Positions 10,819 through 20,544 of a stretch of 64,000 bases of DNA are shown in pieces. The notes below the pieces were generated by a model that searched no databases, was not told the origin of the DNA, and worked only from the letters and a program-made list of their open reading frames with translations. The position numbers and the translations under genes were made by a program. The stretch covers positions 1 to 64,000 of the forward strand of contig CBDCFW010000005.1 in the NCBI GenBank assembly GCA_965216465.1, in the 5' to 3' direction. Position 1 is the first letter of the stretch, and each line of letters starts with the position of its first letter. This stretch comes from Bacteroidia bacterium (GTDB taxonomy: Bacteria; Bacteroidota; Bacteroidia; NS11-12g; UBA9320).

Positions 10819-10925
10819 GGCTAAATCTGGAATAAAATCATTTGAATTATTGATATCTATCAATGGCTAAAAATGCCAATGCAGGTAGTATTGCAACGAA
10901 CTAGTTTCAATCAAAAGATCGCAAT

Positions 10926-12086
10926 ATGCCACGATATCATAGCTTAGGTAAAATACCACACAAAAGACATACGACATTTAGAAAAGAAGATGGCTCATTG
11001 TACCAAGAAGAATTGTTTGGTACAGCCGGATTTGCTGGAATGTCGTCATTACTTTATCATCACTATCCTCCGACATGCGTTAAAGAGTTTGGAGAACCCC
11101 AAAATGTAAGACCAAAAGTTGCCATTCAAGACAATATGAAGGCGTTAAGCTTTCAAGGCTTTAGCATTCAACCTGAAGAAGATTACATTAAATCAAGAAA
11201 AACGCTTTTTGTAAATAATGACCTTCACATCGGATTGGCTGCCCCAAAGACATTTGACTCCGATTATTTTTATAAAAATGCAGATGCAGACGAGATGATT
11301 TTTGTTCATCAGGGCTCTGGTAAACTTCGCTCAACTTACGGTAGTATCGATTTCAAATATGGAGATTACCTCATCATTCCAAGAGGAACAATTTATCAGA
11401 TTGATTTCGACAATGAAGACAACCGATTATTATACGTTGAAAGCTTTAGTCCAATTTTAACTCCAAAGGGATACAGAAACTACTTCGGGCAAATGTTAGA
11501 ACATTCACCTTTCTGCGAACGCGACATTCGTCTTCCTCAAAACTTAGAAACCTACACCGACCTTGGTGAATACAAGATTTACATTAAGAAGAAAGGTATA
11601 ATGTACTCATACATTTACGAAAACCATCCATTTGATGTTGTAGGTTGGGATGGGTTCAACTACCCGTACGCTATTTCAATCTTTGATTTTGAGCCACTTA
11701 CCGGGCGAATTCATATGCCTCCTCCGATTCACCAACAATTCGAAGGAAACAACTTTGTGATTTGCTCATTCGTACCACGTTTATACGACTACCATCCTGA
11801 AGCTATTCCAGCTCCATACCACCACAGCAATGTAGACGCAGATGAGCTACTGTATTATGTGGATGGAGACTTTATGAGCAGAAACAATATTGAAAAAGGC
11901 CAAATCACTTTGCACCCAGGAGGTATTCCACACGGTCCTCATCCCGGGGCAATTGAACGAAGCATTGGCCAAAAAGAAACTGGAGAACTTGCGGTAATGA
12001 TCGACCCATTTAATCCAGTATCAATCACTGAAGAAGCGTTAAAAATAGAAGTAAACGGATATTATAAATCTTGGATAACCCAATAA
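10926..12086 (+). CDS. hmgA: Homogentisate 1,2-dioxygenase (copy 2)
   Basis: FYKNADADE, PYHHSNVDADE, GDFMSR and GIPHGPHPG motifs; 10 bp upstream of hppD. Confidence 0.92.
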   Translation: MPRYHSLGKIPHKRHTTFRKEDGSLYQEELFGTAGFAGMSSLLYHHYPPTCVKEFGEPQNVRPKVAIQDNMKALSFQGFSIQPEEDYIKSRKTLFVNNDLHIGLAAPKTFDSDYFYKNADADEMIFVHQGSGKLRSTYGSIDFKYGDYLIIPRGTIYQIDFDNEDNRLLYVESFSPILTPKGYRNYFGQMLEHSPFCERDIRLPQNLETYTDLGEYKIYIKKKGIMYSYIYENHPFDVVGWDGFNYPYAISIFDFEPLTGRIHMPPPIHQQFEGNNFVICSFVPRLYDYHPEAIPAPYHHSNVDADELLYYVDGDFMSRNNIEKGQITLHPGGIPHGPHPGAIERSIGQKETGELAVMIDPFNPVSITEEALKIEVNGYYKSWITQ

Positions 12087-12096
12087 CGAAAACATT

Positions 12097-13254
12097 ATGA
12101 CTGATTTAAAACAAGTAGATAATTTTAATTACGGATTAGAAAAAATCTTTCCTGAAGCAGAAGACTTTCTTCCTATCATGGGAACTGATTACGTTGAGTA
12201 CTACGTAGGAAATGCAAAACAAGCTGCTCATTTTTATAAAACTGCACTTGGATTTCAATCGCTGGCTTATGCTGGATTAGAAACAGGTATGAGAGATCGA
12301 ACCTCTTATGTTGTTGTGCAAGACAAAATTCGTTTGGTGTTAACCACTCCTATGCCAGGAGCAGATAACCAGGAAATATTTGACCATATCGCCAAGCATG
12401 GTGATGGTGTTAAGGTAATCGCTCTTTGGGTAGAAGATGCTACCAAAGCATGGGAAGAAACCACCAAGCGTGGAGCAAAATCTTACTTTGAGCCGAGAAA
12501 AGAAACAGATGAAAATGGCGAGATTGTAAGATCTGGTATTCATACCTACGGCGACACGGTTCACATTTTTGTAGAACGCAAAAATTACAACGGCGTGTTT
12601 ATGCCAAAGTTTGAAAAATGGGAATCTCACTACAATCCACCAAGTTGTGGACTGAAATACATCGACCATATGGTGGGCAACGTTGATTGGGGCCAAATGA
12701 ATACGTGGGCAAAATTCTACAACGAAGTTATGGGATTTGCGAACCTCATTACCTTCGACGATAAGGATATATCTACAAAGTACACTGCACTTATGAGTAA
12801 GGTGATGACCAACGGTAACGGAAGAATTAAGTTCCCAATTAACGAACCTGCGGATGGAATAAAAAAATCACAAATTGAGGAATACATCGACTTTTATGGC
12901 GGAGCTGGATGTCAACACATTGCGGTAGCCACCGACGATATCGTATTTACCGTTAGCGAAATGAAAAAAAGAGGCGTTGAATTCTTGTATGTTCCTGGTA
13001 CGTATTACGATACAGTTGGAGCTCGTGTGGGCGATATCGCCGAAGACCTTGCCGTGCTTAAGCAACACGGAATTATGGTCGATCGCGATGATGAAGGTTA
13101 TTTATTGCAGATCTTTACCAAGCCGGTAACCGATAGACCAACTTTATTCTTTGAAATTATTCAACGAAAGGGTGCACAATCTTTCGGAAAAGGAAACTTC
13201 CAAGCGTTGTTCGAATCTATAGAAGCCGAACAAGCAAAACGCGGAACCCTCTAG
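12097..13254 (+). CDS. hppD: 4-hydroxyphenylpyruvate dioxygenase
   Basis: HGDGVK, IDHMVGNV, FPINEP, SQIEEY, QHIA, LLQIFTKP and FFEIIQR..FGKGNF motifs. Confidence 0.97.
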   Translation: MTDLKQVDNFNYGLEKIFPEAEDFLPIMGTDYVEYYVGNAKQAAHFYKTALGFQSLAYAGLETGMRDRTSYVVVQDKIRLVLTTPMPGADNQEIFDHIAKHGDGVKVIALWVEDATKAWEETTKRGAKSYFEPRKETDENGEIVRSGIHTYGDTVHIFVERKNYNGVFMPKFEKWESHYNPPSCGLKYIDHMVGNVDWGQMNTWAKFYNEVMGFANLITFDDKDISTKYTALMSKVMTNGNGRIKFPINEPADGIKKSQIEEYIDFYGGAGCQHIAVATDDIVFTVSEMKKRGVEFLYVPGTYYDTVGARVGDIAEDLAVLKQHGIMVDRDDEGYLLQIFTKPVTDRPTLFFEIIQRKGAQSFGKGNFQALFESIEAEQAKRGTL

Positions 13255-13276
13255 TATATCTCTAAATATTTAAACA

Positions 13277-13310
13277 AAATAAGGTTAGCTCTGTAGAGTT
13301 AACCTTATTT
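13277..13310 (+). terminator. Long hairpin after hppD (terminator or stability element)
   Basis: AAATAAGGTTAGCTCT-GT-AGAGTTAACCTTATTT inverted repeat. Confidence 0.6.
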
Positions 13311-13329
13311 ATTAGATTCGTAGCATCAA

Positions 13330-14670
13330 ATGAAATCAGCAACTATTGTAGGAGCCGGTTTAGTCGGTTCATTGTGGGCGGTATACCTTGCCAAAGCTGG
13401 ATATAAGGTTACCATTGTAGAAATGCGAAGTGATCTAAGAAAAGCAGACATTTCAGCTGGAAAGTCTATCAACTTAGCCTTATCGCATAGAGGATGGAAA
13501 GCCTTTAAAGCTGTAGGTGTCGAAAAAGAAATTGAAGAAATCGCGATTCCAATGCCAGGTAGAACGATGCATGATACCGAAGGCAATTTAACCTACCAAC
13601 CTTATGGCCAAGAAGGTCAAGCAATTTATTCGGTATCCCGAGCAGGAATCAACTGCAAAATGATGGATATTGCTGAAAAGTACGGTGACGCTGAAATAAT
13701 TTACAATACCAAGTGTAGAGGTGCTGATCTTGAAAATGGTATCGTTTACTTAACCAACACAAAAACAGGAGAACGTTCTGAAATAAAATCGGATGTGGTG
13801 TTTGCAGCTGACGGTGCATTTTCTGCTGTTCGTTATAAGGCCATGCAGAAGATTGATCGCTTTCAATATAGTCAGCACTATATTGAAGATGGATATCGAG
13901 AACTGTTGCTTCCTGCCAACGAAGATGGTTCTTACAAGCTAGAAAAAAATACACTTCACATTTGGCCTCGCGGGCGTTTTATGCTTATTGCCTTACCAAA
14001 TGAAGATGGGTCTTTCACCTGTACTCTATTTATGCCGCATGAGAAGCACGAGTATTCGTTTGACAAAATAAACACCGATGAAGAAGTTGAAAACTTCTTT
14101 AAGGAAGTGTTCCCTGATTTCTACAATCTGATGCCAAACATTGCAGATGTGTGGGAAGATCACCCATTATCATCATTGGCAATTGTACGATGCTATCCAT
14201 GGACCAGTGGTAAAGTTGCTTTAATGGGAGATGCAGCACACGCTACAGTTCCCTTTTACGGACAAGGTATGAATGCCGGCTTTGAAGATTGCACCGCGAT
14301 GTGGGAACTTATGCAAAAACACAATGAAGATTGGCCTAAAGTATTTGCTGAATATGAACAACAACGTAAGCCTGAAGGAGATGCAGTTCAAGACCTTTCA
14401 TTGTACAATTACCACGTGATGCGTGATTATGTTGCTGACCCTGAATTTTTGTTACAAAAGAAATTTGAACGAAGAATTGAACAATTGTTCCCTGAAAAGT
14501 ACAAGCCACTTTACTCACAGGTTTCATTTAGTAGCATACCCTATTCTCAGGCACTAAAAAGCGGCAAAGAACAAAGCACAAGAATAAAAGAGATTATGAA
14601 AGAACATGATCTTGAAGCCCTATTTGAAAATGGAAAGGTTGACGACCTTATTCGTGAGTTGTTTGGGTAA
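13330..14670 (+). CDS. kmo: Kynurenine 3-monooxygenase
   Basis: GAGLVG FAD motif, [27 protein letters not shown] and [21 protein letters not shown]. Confidence 0.95.
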   Translation: MKSATIVGAGLVGSLWAVYLAKAGYKVTIVEMRSDLRKADISAGKSINLALSHRGWKAFKAVGVEKEIEEIAIPMPGRTMHDTEGNLTYQPYGQEGQAIYSVSRAGINCKMMDIAEKYGDAEIIYNTKCRGADLENGIVYLTNTKTGERSEIKSDVVFAADGAFSAVRYKAMQKIDRFQYSQHYIEDGYRELLLPANEDGSYKLEKNTLHIWPRGRFMLIALPNEDGSFTCTLFMPHEKHEYSFDKINTDEEVENFFKEVFPDFYNLMPNIADVWEDHPLSSLAIVRCYPWTSGKVALMGDAAHATVPFYGQGMNAGFEDCTAMWELMQKHNEDWPKVFAEYEQQRKPEGDAVQDLSLYNYHVMRDYVADPEFLLQKKFERRIEQLFPEKYKPLYSQVSFSSIPYSQALKSGKEQSTRIKEIMKEHDLEALFENGKVDDLIRELFG

Positions 14671-14714
14671 CAAGAAGTATTCTTTCTTTTCGGCTTGAAT
14701 TAGAAAATATAGCC

Positions 14715-16142
14715 ATGAAAAAAAGAATTGAAACCGACCTCCTCGGAAAACGTGAGATCGAAGGTGATCTTTACTATGGAATACATACGCAACGTGCGTT
14801 AGAAAACTTCCAAATATCACAAGCTAAAATTTCAGACTACCCTCTGTTTATCAAGGGATTAGTAATAACTAAGAAATCGTGTGCCAGTGCTAATGGTGAC
14901 CTAGGAACGATACCTACTGAAAAAGCAAAAATGATCGTCGAGGCCTGCGACAAAATACTATCTAACTTATCGAAATACACACCATACTTCCCTACCGATG
15001 TTTTTCAAGGTGGAGCGGGTACTTCAGTAAACATGAATGCCAATGAGGTCATTGCTAACGTTGCCCTCGAAATGAATGGCTACGATAAAGGTAATTATTC
15101 TGTTTTACATCCTAATGATCATGTAAACAAGTGTCAATCTACTAACGACGCCTATCCCACCTCGTTTCGGGTTTCAATCTATTTTTACATGGATTACCTT
15201 ATGTTATGTTTAGAGCATTTGGTTAAAGATCTTGAGCTGAAAGCTGAGGAATTTAAAGACGTACTCAAAATGGGCAGAACCCAGCTACAAGACGCCGTTC
15301 CCATGTCTTTAGGCGATGAATTTGAAGCTTGGGCAACTAACTTAAAAGAGGAAATTAGAATACTCAAAAGAGCCCGAGAATTGGTGCTAGAAGTTAACCT
15401 CGGTGCTACAGCAATTGGAACCGGAGTAAATGCCCCAGACGACTTTAAAGACCTAGCAATAAGCTACTTACAAAAATTTGCAAACGCTCCTTTTATCTCG
15501 GCTCCAAACCTCATTGAAGCGACTTCAGATTGTGGTGCCTATGTTATGATTTCTGGGGCCTTGAAACGCACAGCAGTAAAACTTTCAAAGATCTGCAACG
15601 ACCTTAGGTTGTTATCATCTGGACCACGAACTGGCCTTAATGAAATTAACCTACCCGAACTACAAGCAGGTTCATCTATAATGCCAGCTAAGGTAAATCC
15701 AGTTATTCCCGAAGTAGTGAATCAAGTTTGCTTTAAGGTTATTGGTAATGATGTTACAATATCGATGGCGGCAGAAGCTGGACAATTGCAGTTGAACGTA
15801 ATGGAACCGGTAATTGCCCAAGCCATTTTTGAAAGCATTAAGCTGATGTCAAATGCTTGTGTAACATTGGCTGATAAATGCATCAATGGAATTACAGCTA
15901 ATGCCGAACACACCAAAAACATGGTACTTAATTCTGTGGGTCTCATCACTTATCTAGACCCATATATTGGTCATGATATGGGTGATATTATTGGAAAAGA
16001 AGCGATAGCTTCAGGCAAGACTATTAGAGAAATTGTGTTAGAAAAAGGACTGCTATCCGAAGAAGAACTAGACAAAATTCTTAGTGTAGAAAACCTCATG
16101 CATCCTGTTTTTGGCGGAAAGATGAACGGTAAGGGGGGGTAA
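14715..16142 (+). CDS. aspA: Aspartate ammonia-lyase
   Basis: [35 protein letters not shown] and the [11 protein letters not shown] signature. Confidence 0.95.
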   Translation: MKKRIETDLLGKREIEGDLYYGIHTQRALENFQISQAKISDYPLFIKGLVITKKSCASANGDLGTIPTEKAKMIVEACDKILSNLSKYTPYFPTDVFQGGAGTSVNMNANEVIANVALEMNGYDKGNYSVLHPNDHVNKCQSTNDAYPTSFRVSIYFYMDYLMLCLEHLVKDLELKAEEFKDVLKMGRTQLQDAVPMSLGDEFEAWATNLKEEIRILKRARELVLEVNLGATAIGTGVNAPDDFKDLAISYLQKFANAPFISAPNLIEATSDCGAYVMISGALKRTAVKLSKICNDLRLLSSGPRTGLNEINLPELQAGSSIMPAKVNPVIPEVVNQVCFKVIGNDVTISMAAEAGQLQLNVMEPVIAQAIFESIKLMSNACVTLADKCINGITANAEHTKNMVLNSVGLITYLDPYIGHDMGDIIGKEAIASGKTIREIVLEKGLLSEEELDKILSVENLMHPVFGGKMNGKGG

Positions 16143-16205
16143 TAGTTGGGGTAATAATTGGGGTTAATAATACGGGTTATTAATACGGGTTAATAATACG
16201 GGTTA
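16133..16205. repeat. Degenerate 12-13 bp G-tract tandem repeat
   Basis: GGGGTAATAGTT, GGGGTAATAATT, then G, GGGTTAATAATAC, GGGTTATTAATAC, GGGTTAATAATAC and GGGTTA; spans from the aspA stop to the fic stop. Confidence 0.85.
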
Positions 16206-17312
16206 GTAGTCTATATTCACAAGAACGTAATTGGTACTTCTACCACCTTCGCCGGTATCTTTCAAAATACCCAATTCAATTAATTCTTGAATATCACGTC
16301 GAGCAGTATCGCGGTGTACCTTGGTCATTTTGGCCCACTTTGATGAAGTTAATTTTCCATAAAAATCACCTAAAAGTGCGTTGAGCATAAAAATGTGGCG
16401 ATCGTTTAACACCTTGCCTTGTACTGACTTCCAGAAGTCTGCACGCTGTAGTGTTTTGTTAAGTCTGCGTTCTGATTCAGCAAGCGCAGCTTCAATGCAC
16501 TCAAAGTACCAAACCAACCACTGCGTAACATCCATATTGCCTTTCTGTGTAGATTCAAGCATGGTGTAATAGGCCTTTCTAGATTTCATGATTTGATCAG
16601 ATACACTATAAAATCGCTGTGATGTTCGGTCAGCTCTAGCCAATTGCATATCTGCAATGGCTCGTGCTATTCTACCATTTCCATCCGCAAAAGGGTGAAT
16701 GCTCACAAACCAAAGATGGGCTATTCCTGATTTCAGAACCGGATCGATACCGTTATCGATATTGAACCAATCAAGAAATTGATTCATTTCTTCATCCAAC
16801 TTTGCTGCATCTGGAGCAACATAATGCACTTTTTCCTTTCCTAGTGTACCCGAAACAACCTGCATTGGACCTTTCTTGTCGTTTCGCCATTTTCCAACGC
16901 GTATTTTAGAAATCCCACTACGCCCGGTTGGGAATAATGCTGCTTGCCAATCGCAAAGTCTTTCTTTACTGAGTGCTTTATTGCAGTTTTGTGTAGCATC
17001 GAGGGTCATTTCAACAATTCCGTCAATCAATCTACTTGACTTTGGTAAACCAGATATCTCTAGACCTAGGTGTTGAGCCACAGATGATCTCACTTCGTCT
17101 TGATTTAATAAATCTCCTTCAATTTCATTGGATTTTACGACATCAACAACTACGGTATTAAGTATTGCTTCATCTCTCAAACTGATACCTAAATGCTCTA
17201 ATCGCCCCACTAATCTACCTTGTTTTTCACGTACACGTGCAAGCAAGGTCAGCAATGCATCACTGTCCCATTTAAATCGAGGCCATTCTTTATGTTGATG
17301 AAAATAAGGCAT
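16203..17312 (-). CDS. Fic family protein (DUF4172 + Fic + C-terminal wHTH)
   Basis: W..F.W N-terminus, SNEIEG inhibitory-helix motif, canonical HPFADGNGRIAR, and a KLTSSKWAKMTKVHRDTARRDIQEL...GGRSTNY HTH. Confidence 0.93.
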   Translation of the reverse strand: MPYFHQHKEWPRFKWDSDALLTLLARVREKQGRLVGRLEHLGISLRDEAILNTVVVDVVKSNEIEGDLLNQDEVRSSVAQHLGLEISGLPKSSRLIDGIVEMTLDATQNCNKALSKERLCDWQAALFPTGRSGISKIRVGKWRNDKKGPMQVVSGTLGKEKVHYVAPDAAKLDEEMNQFLDWFNIDNGIDPVLKSGIAHLWFVSIHPFADGNGRIARAIADMQLARADRTSQRFYSVSDQIMKSRKAYYTMLESTQKGNMDVTQWLVWYFECIEAALAESERRLNKTLQRADFWKSVQGKVLNDRHIFMLNALLGDFYGKLTSSKWAKMTKVHRDTARRDIQELIELGILKDTGEGGRSTNYVLVNIDY

Positions 17313-17385
17313 ATTCGCCGTATATTTTACGTCAAATATACAAATTTATTGCCGAAACATTCATATTCGCCGTATTTTTTACGTC
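17310..17385. promoter_or_regulatory. Duplicated 24-bp quasi-palindromic operator upstream of fic, flanking a -7 element
   Basis: CATATTCGCCGTATATTTTACGTC (17310-17333) and CATATTCGCCGTATTTTTTACGTC (17362-17385) are 23/24 identical; minus-strand TATATTTG at 17333-17340. Confidence 0.7.
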
Positions 17386-17412
17386 GATTAAGTAGCTTAT
17401 TTGCCGTATGGG

Positions 17413-17658
17413 CTAAACTTCTCCCTTTAATTTTAACTTAAGATAGACTTGCTCTACCTGTTCTCTGGCCCAAGGTGTTGTTCTAAGAAATTTTAAACTG
17501 GATTTTATGCTAGGGTTCGATTTAAAGCAATTGATGTCAACTTTGGTCGATAAGTGCTCATATCCATAATAGGCCACAAGTGTTTCCAAAATCTCAACCA
17601 ACTTTATTCCATGCATAGGGTTATTGGGTTGCTCTTGGGGTGAATTATTTCTTTTCAT
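17413..17658 (-). CDS. VF530 / DUF2132 family small DNA-binding protein
   Basis: [15 protein letters not shown] and [26 protein letters not shown] motifs. Confidence 0.9.
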   Translation of the reverse strand: MKRNNSPQEQPNNPMHGIKLVEILETLVAYYGYEHLSTKVDINCFKSNPSIKSSLKFLRTTPWAREQVEQVYLKLKLKGEV

Positions 17659-17663
17659 TAAAG

Positions 17664-18263
17664 CTAATCAACTCCCAAGTACTTATGGGTTTGTAGACAT
17701 ATTTTCCAGTTGGGATTTCGAAGTACGTAATCCACGATTAGGTTTTGCATCGCCTCGCGTTTATCCCACTCTGGTTGGAGGTAGAGTAAACAAGACTCGT
17801 TTACCATTTTTTGATGAGCTTCTGCCCATTGAAAATCGCTTTTGTTGAACACGACAACTTTCAATTCATTCGCTTGGGTACTTACACTGTCTATCGGCGC
17901 CTTAAATTTCTTCGGAGAGAAGGTAATCCAATCAAATTGCCCCTTCAATTCATATGCTCCACTCGTTTCAATATGTACTCGAAAACCAGCATCACGAAAG
18001 GCTTTTGATACTTCTGTAAGATTATACATAGCTGGTTCTCCACCAGTTAGAATAACAATCCTAGAAGGGTGCTTCAATGCTTCATCGAGCATTTCTTGAA
18101 TGGTCATTTTTGGATGTGCATCTGCATCCCAACTCTCTTTAACATCGCACCAAACACAACCCACATCACAGCCTCCGAACCGAATAAAGAAAGCCGAACG
18201 ACCGGTATAAAATCCTTCTCCCTGAATGGAGTGAAAATATTCCATTACAGGAAAGGCCATCAT
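17664..18263 (-). CDS. queE: 7-carboxy-7-deazaguanine synthase (radical SAM)
   Basis: [25 protein letters not shown] (CxxxCxxC), LTGGEP and LQTHKYL. Confidence 0.93.
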   Translation of the reverse strand: MMAFPVMEYFHSIQGEGFYTGRSAFFIRFGGCDVGCVWCDVKESWDADAHPKMTIQEMLDEALKHPSRIVILTGGEPAMYNLTEVSKAFRDAGFRVHIETSGAYELKGQFDWITFSPKKFKAPIDSVSTQANELKVVVFNKSDFQWAEAHQKMVNESCLLYLQPEWDKREAMQNLIVDYVLRNPNWKICLQTHKYLGVD

Positions 18264-19141
18264 AAACCTAATTTTTGCTTGTAGCTTTTAAGCGTATTAA
18301 ACAGTAATCCGTAGCGTGTCATTGGTCCAACTCCTCCCGGTACAGGAGTAATTGCTGAAGCCTTTGCACTTACAGGTTCAAAATCAACATCACCTTTGAG
18401 TACATAACCTCTTTCGTTGTCAGCATCAACTCTTGTGATTCCAACATCGATTACAACCGCTCCTTCTTTTACCATATCTGCTTTAAGAAACTCAGGAATT
18501 CCGAGGGCAGCAATAACAATATCTGCTTGAAGCGTGAATTCTTTAAGATTTTGAGTTCTACTGTGGGTAAGCGTTACCGTACTATTTCCTGGGTAACCAT
18601 TTCTACTCATCAGAATACTCATAGGACGGCCAACAATATTACTTCTTCCGATAACAACACAATGCTTTCCAGAAGTTTCAATTCCGTAATCTTCAAGCGT
18701 CATGATAATCCCGAATGGAGTAGCAGAAATAAATGTATCTTCTCCTTTAGTCAACTTACCTACGCTAATCGTGTGAAATCCATCAACATCAATTACTGGG
18801 CTGATAGCTTCAGTTACTTTCTCCGAATCCATGTGTTTAGGTAACGGAAGCTGAACAATTAATCCGTCAATAGCATCGTTTGCGTTAATCGATTCGATCA
18901 AGTTAAGTAAGTCTTCTTCACTGGTGTCTGCTGGCAATCTGTGAACGGTCGATTCAAAACCAACAAAATCACAATCGCGTTCTTTGCTGTTCACATAGGT
19001 TTTACTTGCTCCATCCTCTCCTACTAAAATTGCAGCTAAATGAGGAGCTCTATTCCCAGCAGAAACATATGAAGCAACTTCTTCTTTAATGTTCCCTCTT
19101 AACTTCTTTGCAAGGCCTTTGCCATCTAATATTGTTGTCAT
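18260..19141 (-). CDS. folD: Bifunctional methylenetetrahydrofolate dehydrogenase/cyclohydrolase
   Basis: LDGK, VQLPLP, DVDGFH, IGRSNIVGRP and ITPVPGGVGPMT. Confidence 0.97.
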   Translation of the reverse strand: MTTILDGKGLAKKLRGNIKEEVASYVSAGNRAPHLAAILVGEDGASKTYVNSKERDCDFVGFESTVHRLPADTSEEDLLNLIESINANDAIDGLIVQLPLPKHMDSEKVTEAISPVIDVDGFHTISVGKLTKGEDTFISATPFGIIMTLEDYGIETSGKHCVVIGRSNIVGRPMSILMSRNGYPGNSTVTLTHSRTQNLKEFTLQADIVIAALGIPEFLKADMVKEGAVVIDVGITRVDADNERGYVLKGDVDFEPVSAKASAITPVPGGVGPMTRYGLLFNTLKSYKQKLGL

Positions 19142-19220
19142 TTGCGGTCAAAAATATATAATATTCTCATAATGTGAAGTAGTTGCATTTAGTAAGTTTT
19201 ATTTTTGCCTATACGATAAG

Positions 19221-19898
19221 ATGAAATTCACACTCTTCATTACTACTTTATTGCTGTTCACAGGTATTTACGGGTGCAAGAAAAATGTAATTGAGCCTGT
19301 TGAAGACCACAGCTCAAAATACATTCCTATGAACGTTGGCAACAAATGGACGTATCAAATGGACAGTATTGTATACTCGGGATTTAGCGGATCAACACCC
19401 GATTCATTTCATTACTTCATTCAAGATGAAATAAAAGAAAAGTACACTTCCGTTCAAGACAATCCTGTTTATCGTGTTGAACGCTCTTTTCGATTAGATT
19501 CTAACGATGCTTGGACGTTTGCTCGCCAATTTAGCTTAGAAGTTACTGACCATGAAGTGCTGAAAACAGACTTCGACCAATTAAAAGTAATGTTTTCGTT
19601 TCCAGTACTCCTAGACAAAACTTGGAATAGTAATCAATACAACTTGGGTCGTGATGTTGAAACCTATTACGACAGTGTACACACGCCAATGCAAATTGGT
19701 TCGAACCAATACGACAGTACATGCCTGGTTCACCACGACGAAGAAAAGAACATCATTAACAGTTTTTTCATTAATGAGCGCTATGCGGCCAATGTTGGGC
19801 TTGTAGAAAGAGAAGAAGAACGAATGAATTTTGTTGGGACAGCCACTCAGGTTGGATTCAAATATAAATTAACGCTAATCGCTTTTGAATCGAACTAA
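19221..19898 (+). CDS. Hypothetical lipoprotein
   Basis: Lipobox IYGC; Y.P..VG.KW.Y motif and a YAANVGLV C-terminal beta motif. Confidence 0.75.
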   Translation: MKFTLFITTLLLFTGIYGCKKNVIEPVEDHSSKYIPMNVGNKWTYQMDSIVYSGFSGSTPDSFHYFIQDEIKEKYTSVQDNPVYRVERSFRLDSNDAWTFARQFSLEVTDHEVLKTDFDQLKVMFSFPVLLDKTWNSNQYNLGRDVETYYDSVHTPMQIGSNQYDSTCLVHHDEEKNIINSFFINERYAANVGLVEREEERMNFVGTATQVGFKYKLTLIAFESN

Positions 19899-20544
19899 CT
19901 ACATAGCTCTGCTTGTTGCACTTGTACTTTTCTCTTGTGGTAAGCAGGAAGAACCAACGAGTTTTGGAACTGAATATTTTCCTATTGAAGTGGGCAAATA
20001 TAAATGCTATGCAATGGAGTCGATTGAGTATGATGCTTTTTTAGAAACTGCCGACACAACCTACTTCTATATCCGCGAAACTATTGATTCTGAATTCTTA
20101 GATAATTCCAATGAGCAAGCCTTTCGCTTGCGTATAGAAAAATCAATAGACACCACGCTAGGTTGGAATTTCGAGTCGTATGGTGTTGTGAAAAAGGACG
20201 ACTATTCAGCTCAATTGGTGTTGAATGACACCCGCTTTGTTAAGTTATCTTTCCCTGTAAGAAATCGTAAATCTTGGGATGAAAATGAATACAATACCCT
20301 AAACAAGCAAACGAATCGTTATACAGACGTTGACGAACCGTTTGAGTTAAATGGTGTAACATACCCTACTACTTTAATTGTAGACCGCGGCGATTCTGAA
20401 GACCCTTACTTCAGGTTTTTTGGTCGAGAGGTTTATGTTTTAGGAAAAGGTCTTATTCTTGAAGAATATATTAACACCGAAACTCAACAGGGAAAAACAA
20501 AAGGTAATGCATATACAAAGACGCTACTTAGCACCAATTGGTAA
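19885..20544 (+). CDS. Hypothetical lipoprotein, paralogue of the upstream gene
   Basis: Lipobox LFSC; YFPIEVGK, LSFPV...KSW..N.YN and Y..GKGLI match the upstream gene; TTG start overlapping the previous stop. Confidence 0.75.
   Translation: MNRTNYIALLVALVLFSCGKQEEPTSFGTEYFPIEVGKYKCYAMESIEYDAFLETADTTYFYIRETIDSEFLDNSNEQAFRLRIEKSIDTTLGWNFESYGVVKKDDYSAQLVLNDTRFVKLSFPVRNRKSWDENEYNTLNKQTNRYTDVDEPFELNGVTYPTTLIVDRGDSEDPYFRFFGREVYVLGKGLILEEYINTETQQGKTKGNAYTKTLLSTNW

Noticed and set aside
12097-14670. hppD-kmo as one operon or a secondary-metabolite cluster
   Set aside because: A long hairpin and a separate TAGATTCG promoter-like element divide them, and no biosynthetic scaffold genes are nearby; ordinary Tyr and Trp catabolism explains both.
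16133-16205. Possible CRISPR array
   Set aside because: Units are 12-13 bp and contiguous with no unique spacers, and no cas genes are in the window.
14715-17658. Mobile element or prophage around aspA-fic
   Set aside because: No integrase, transposase, tRNA target or flanking direct repeats are visible; only the short repeats reported as findings.
17664-18263. queE as part of a 7-deazaguanine DNA-modification (dpd) defence island
   Set aside because: It is coupled to folD, with no dpdA/tgt-like, queC/queD or helicase genes adjacent; this fits housekeeping queuosine synthesis.
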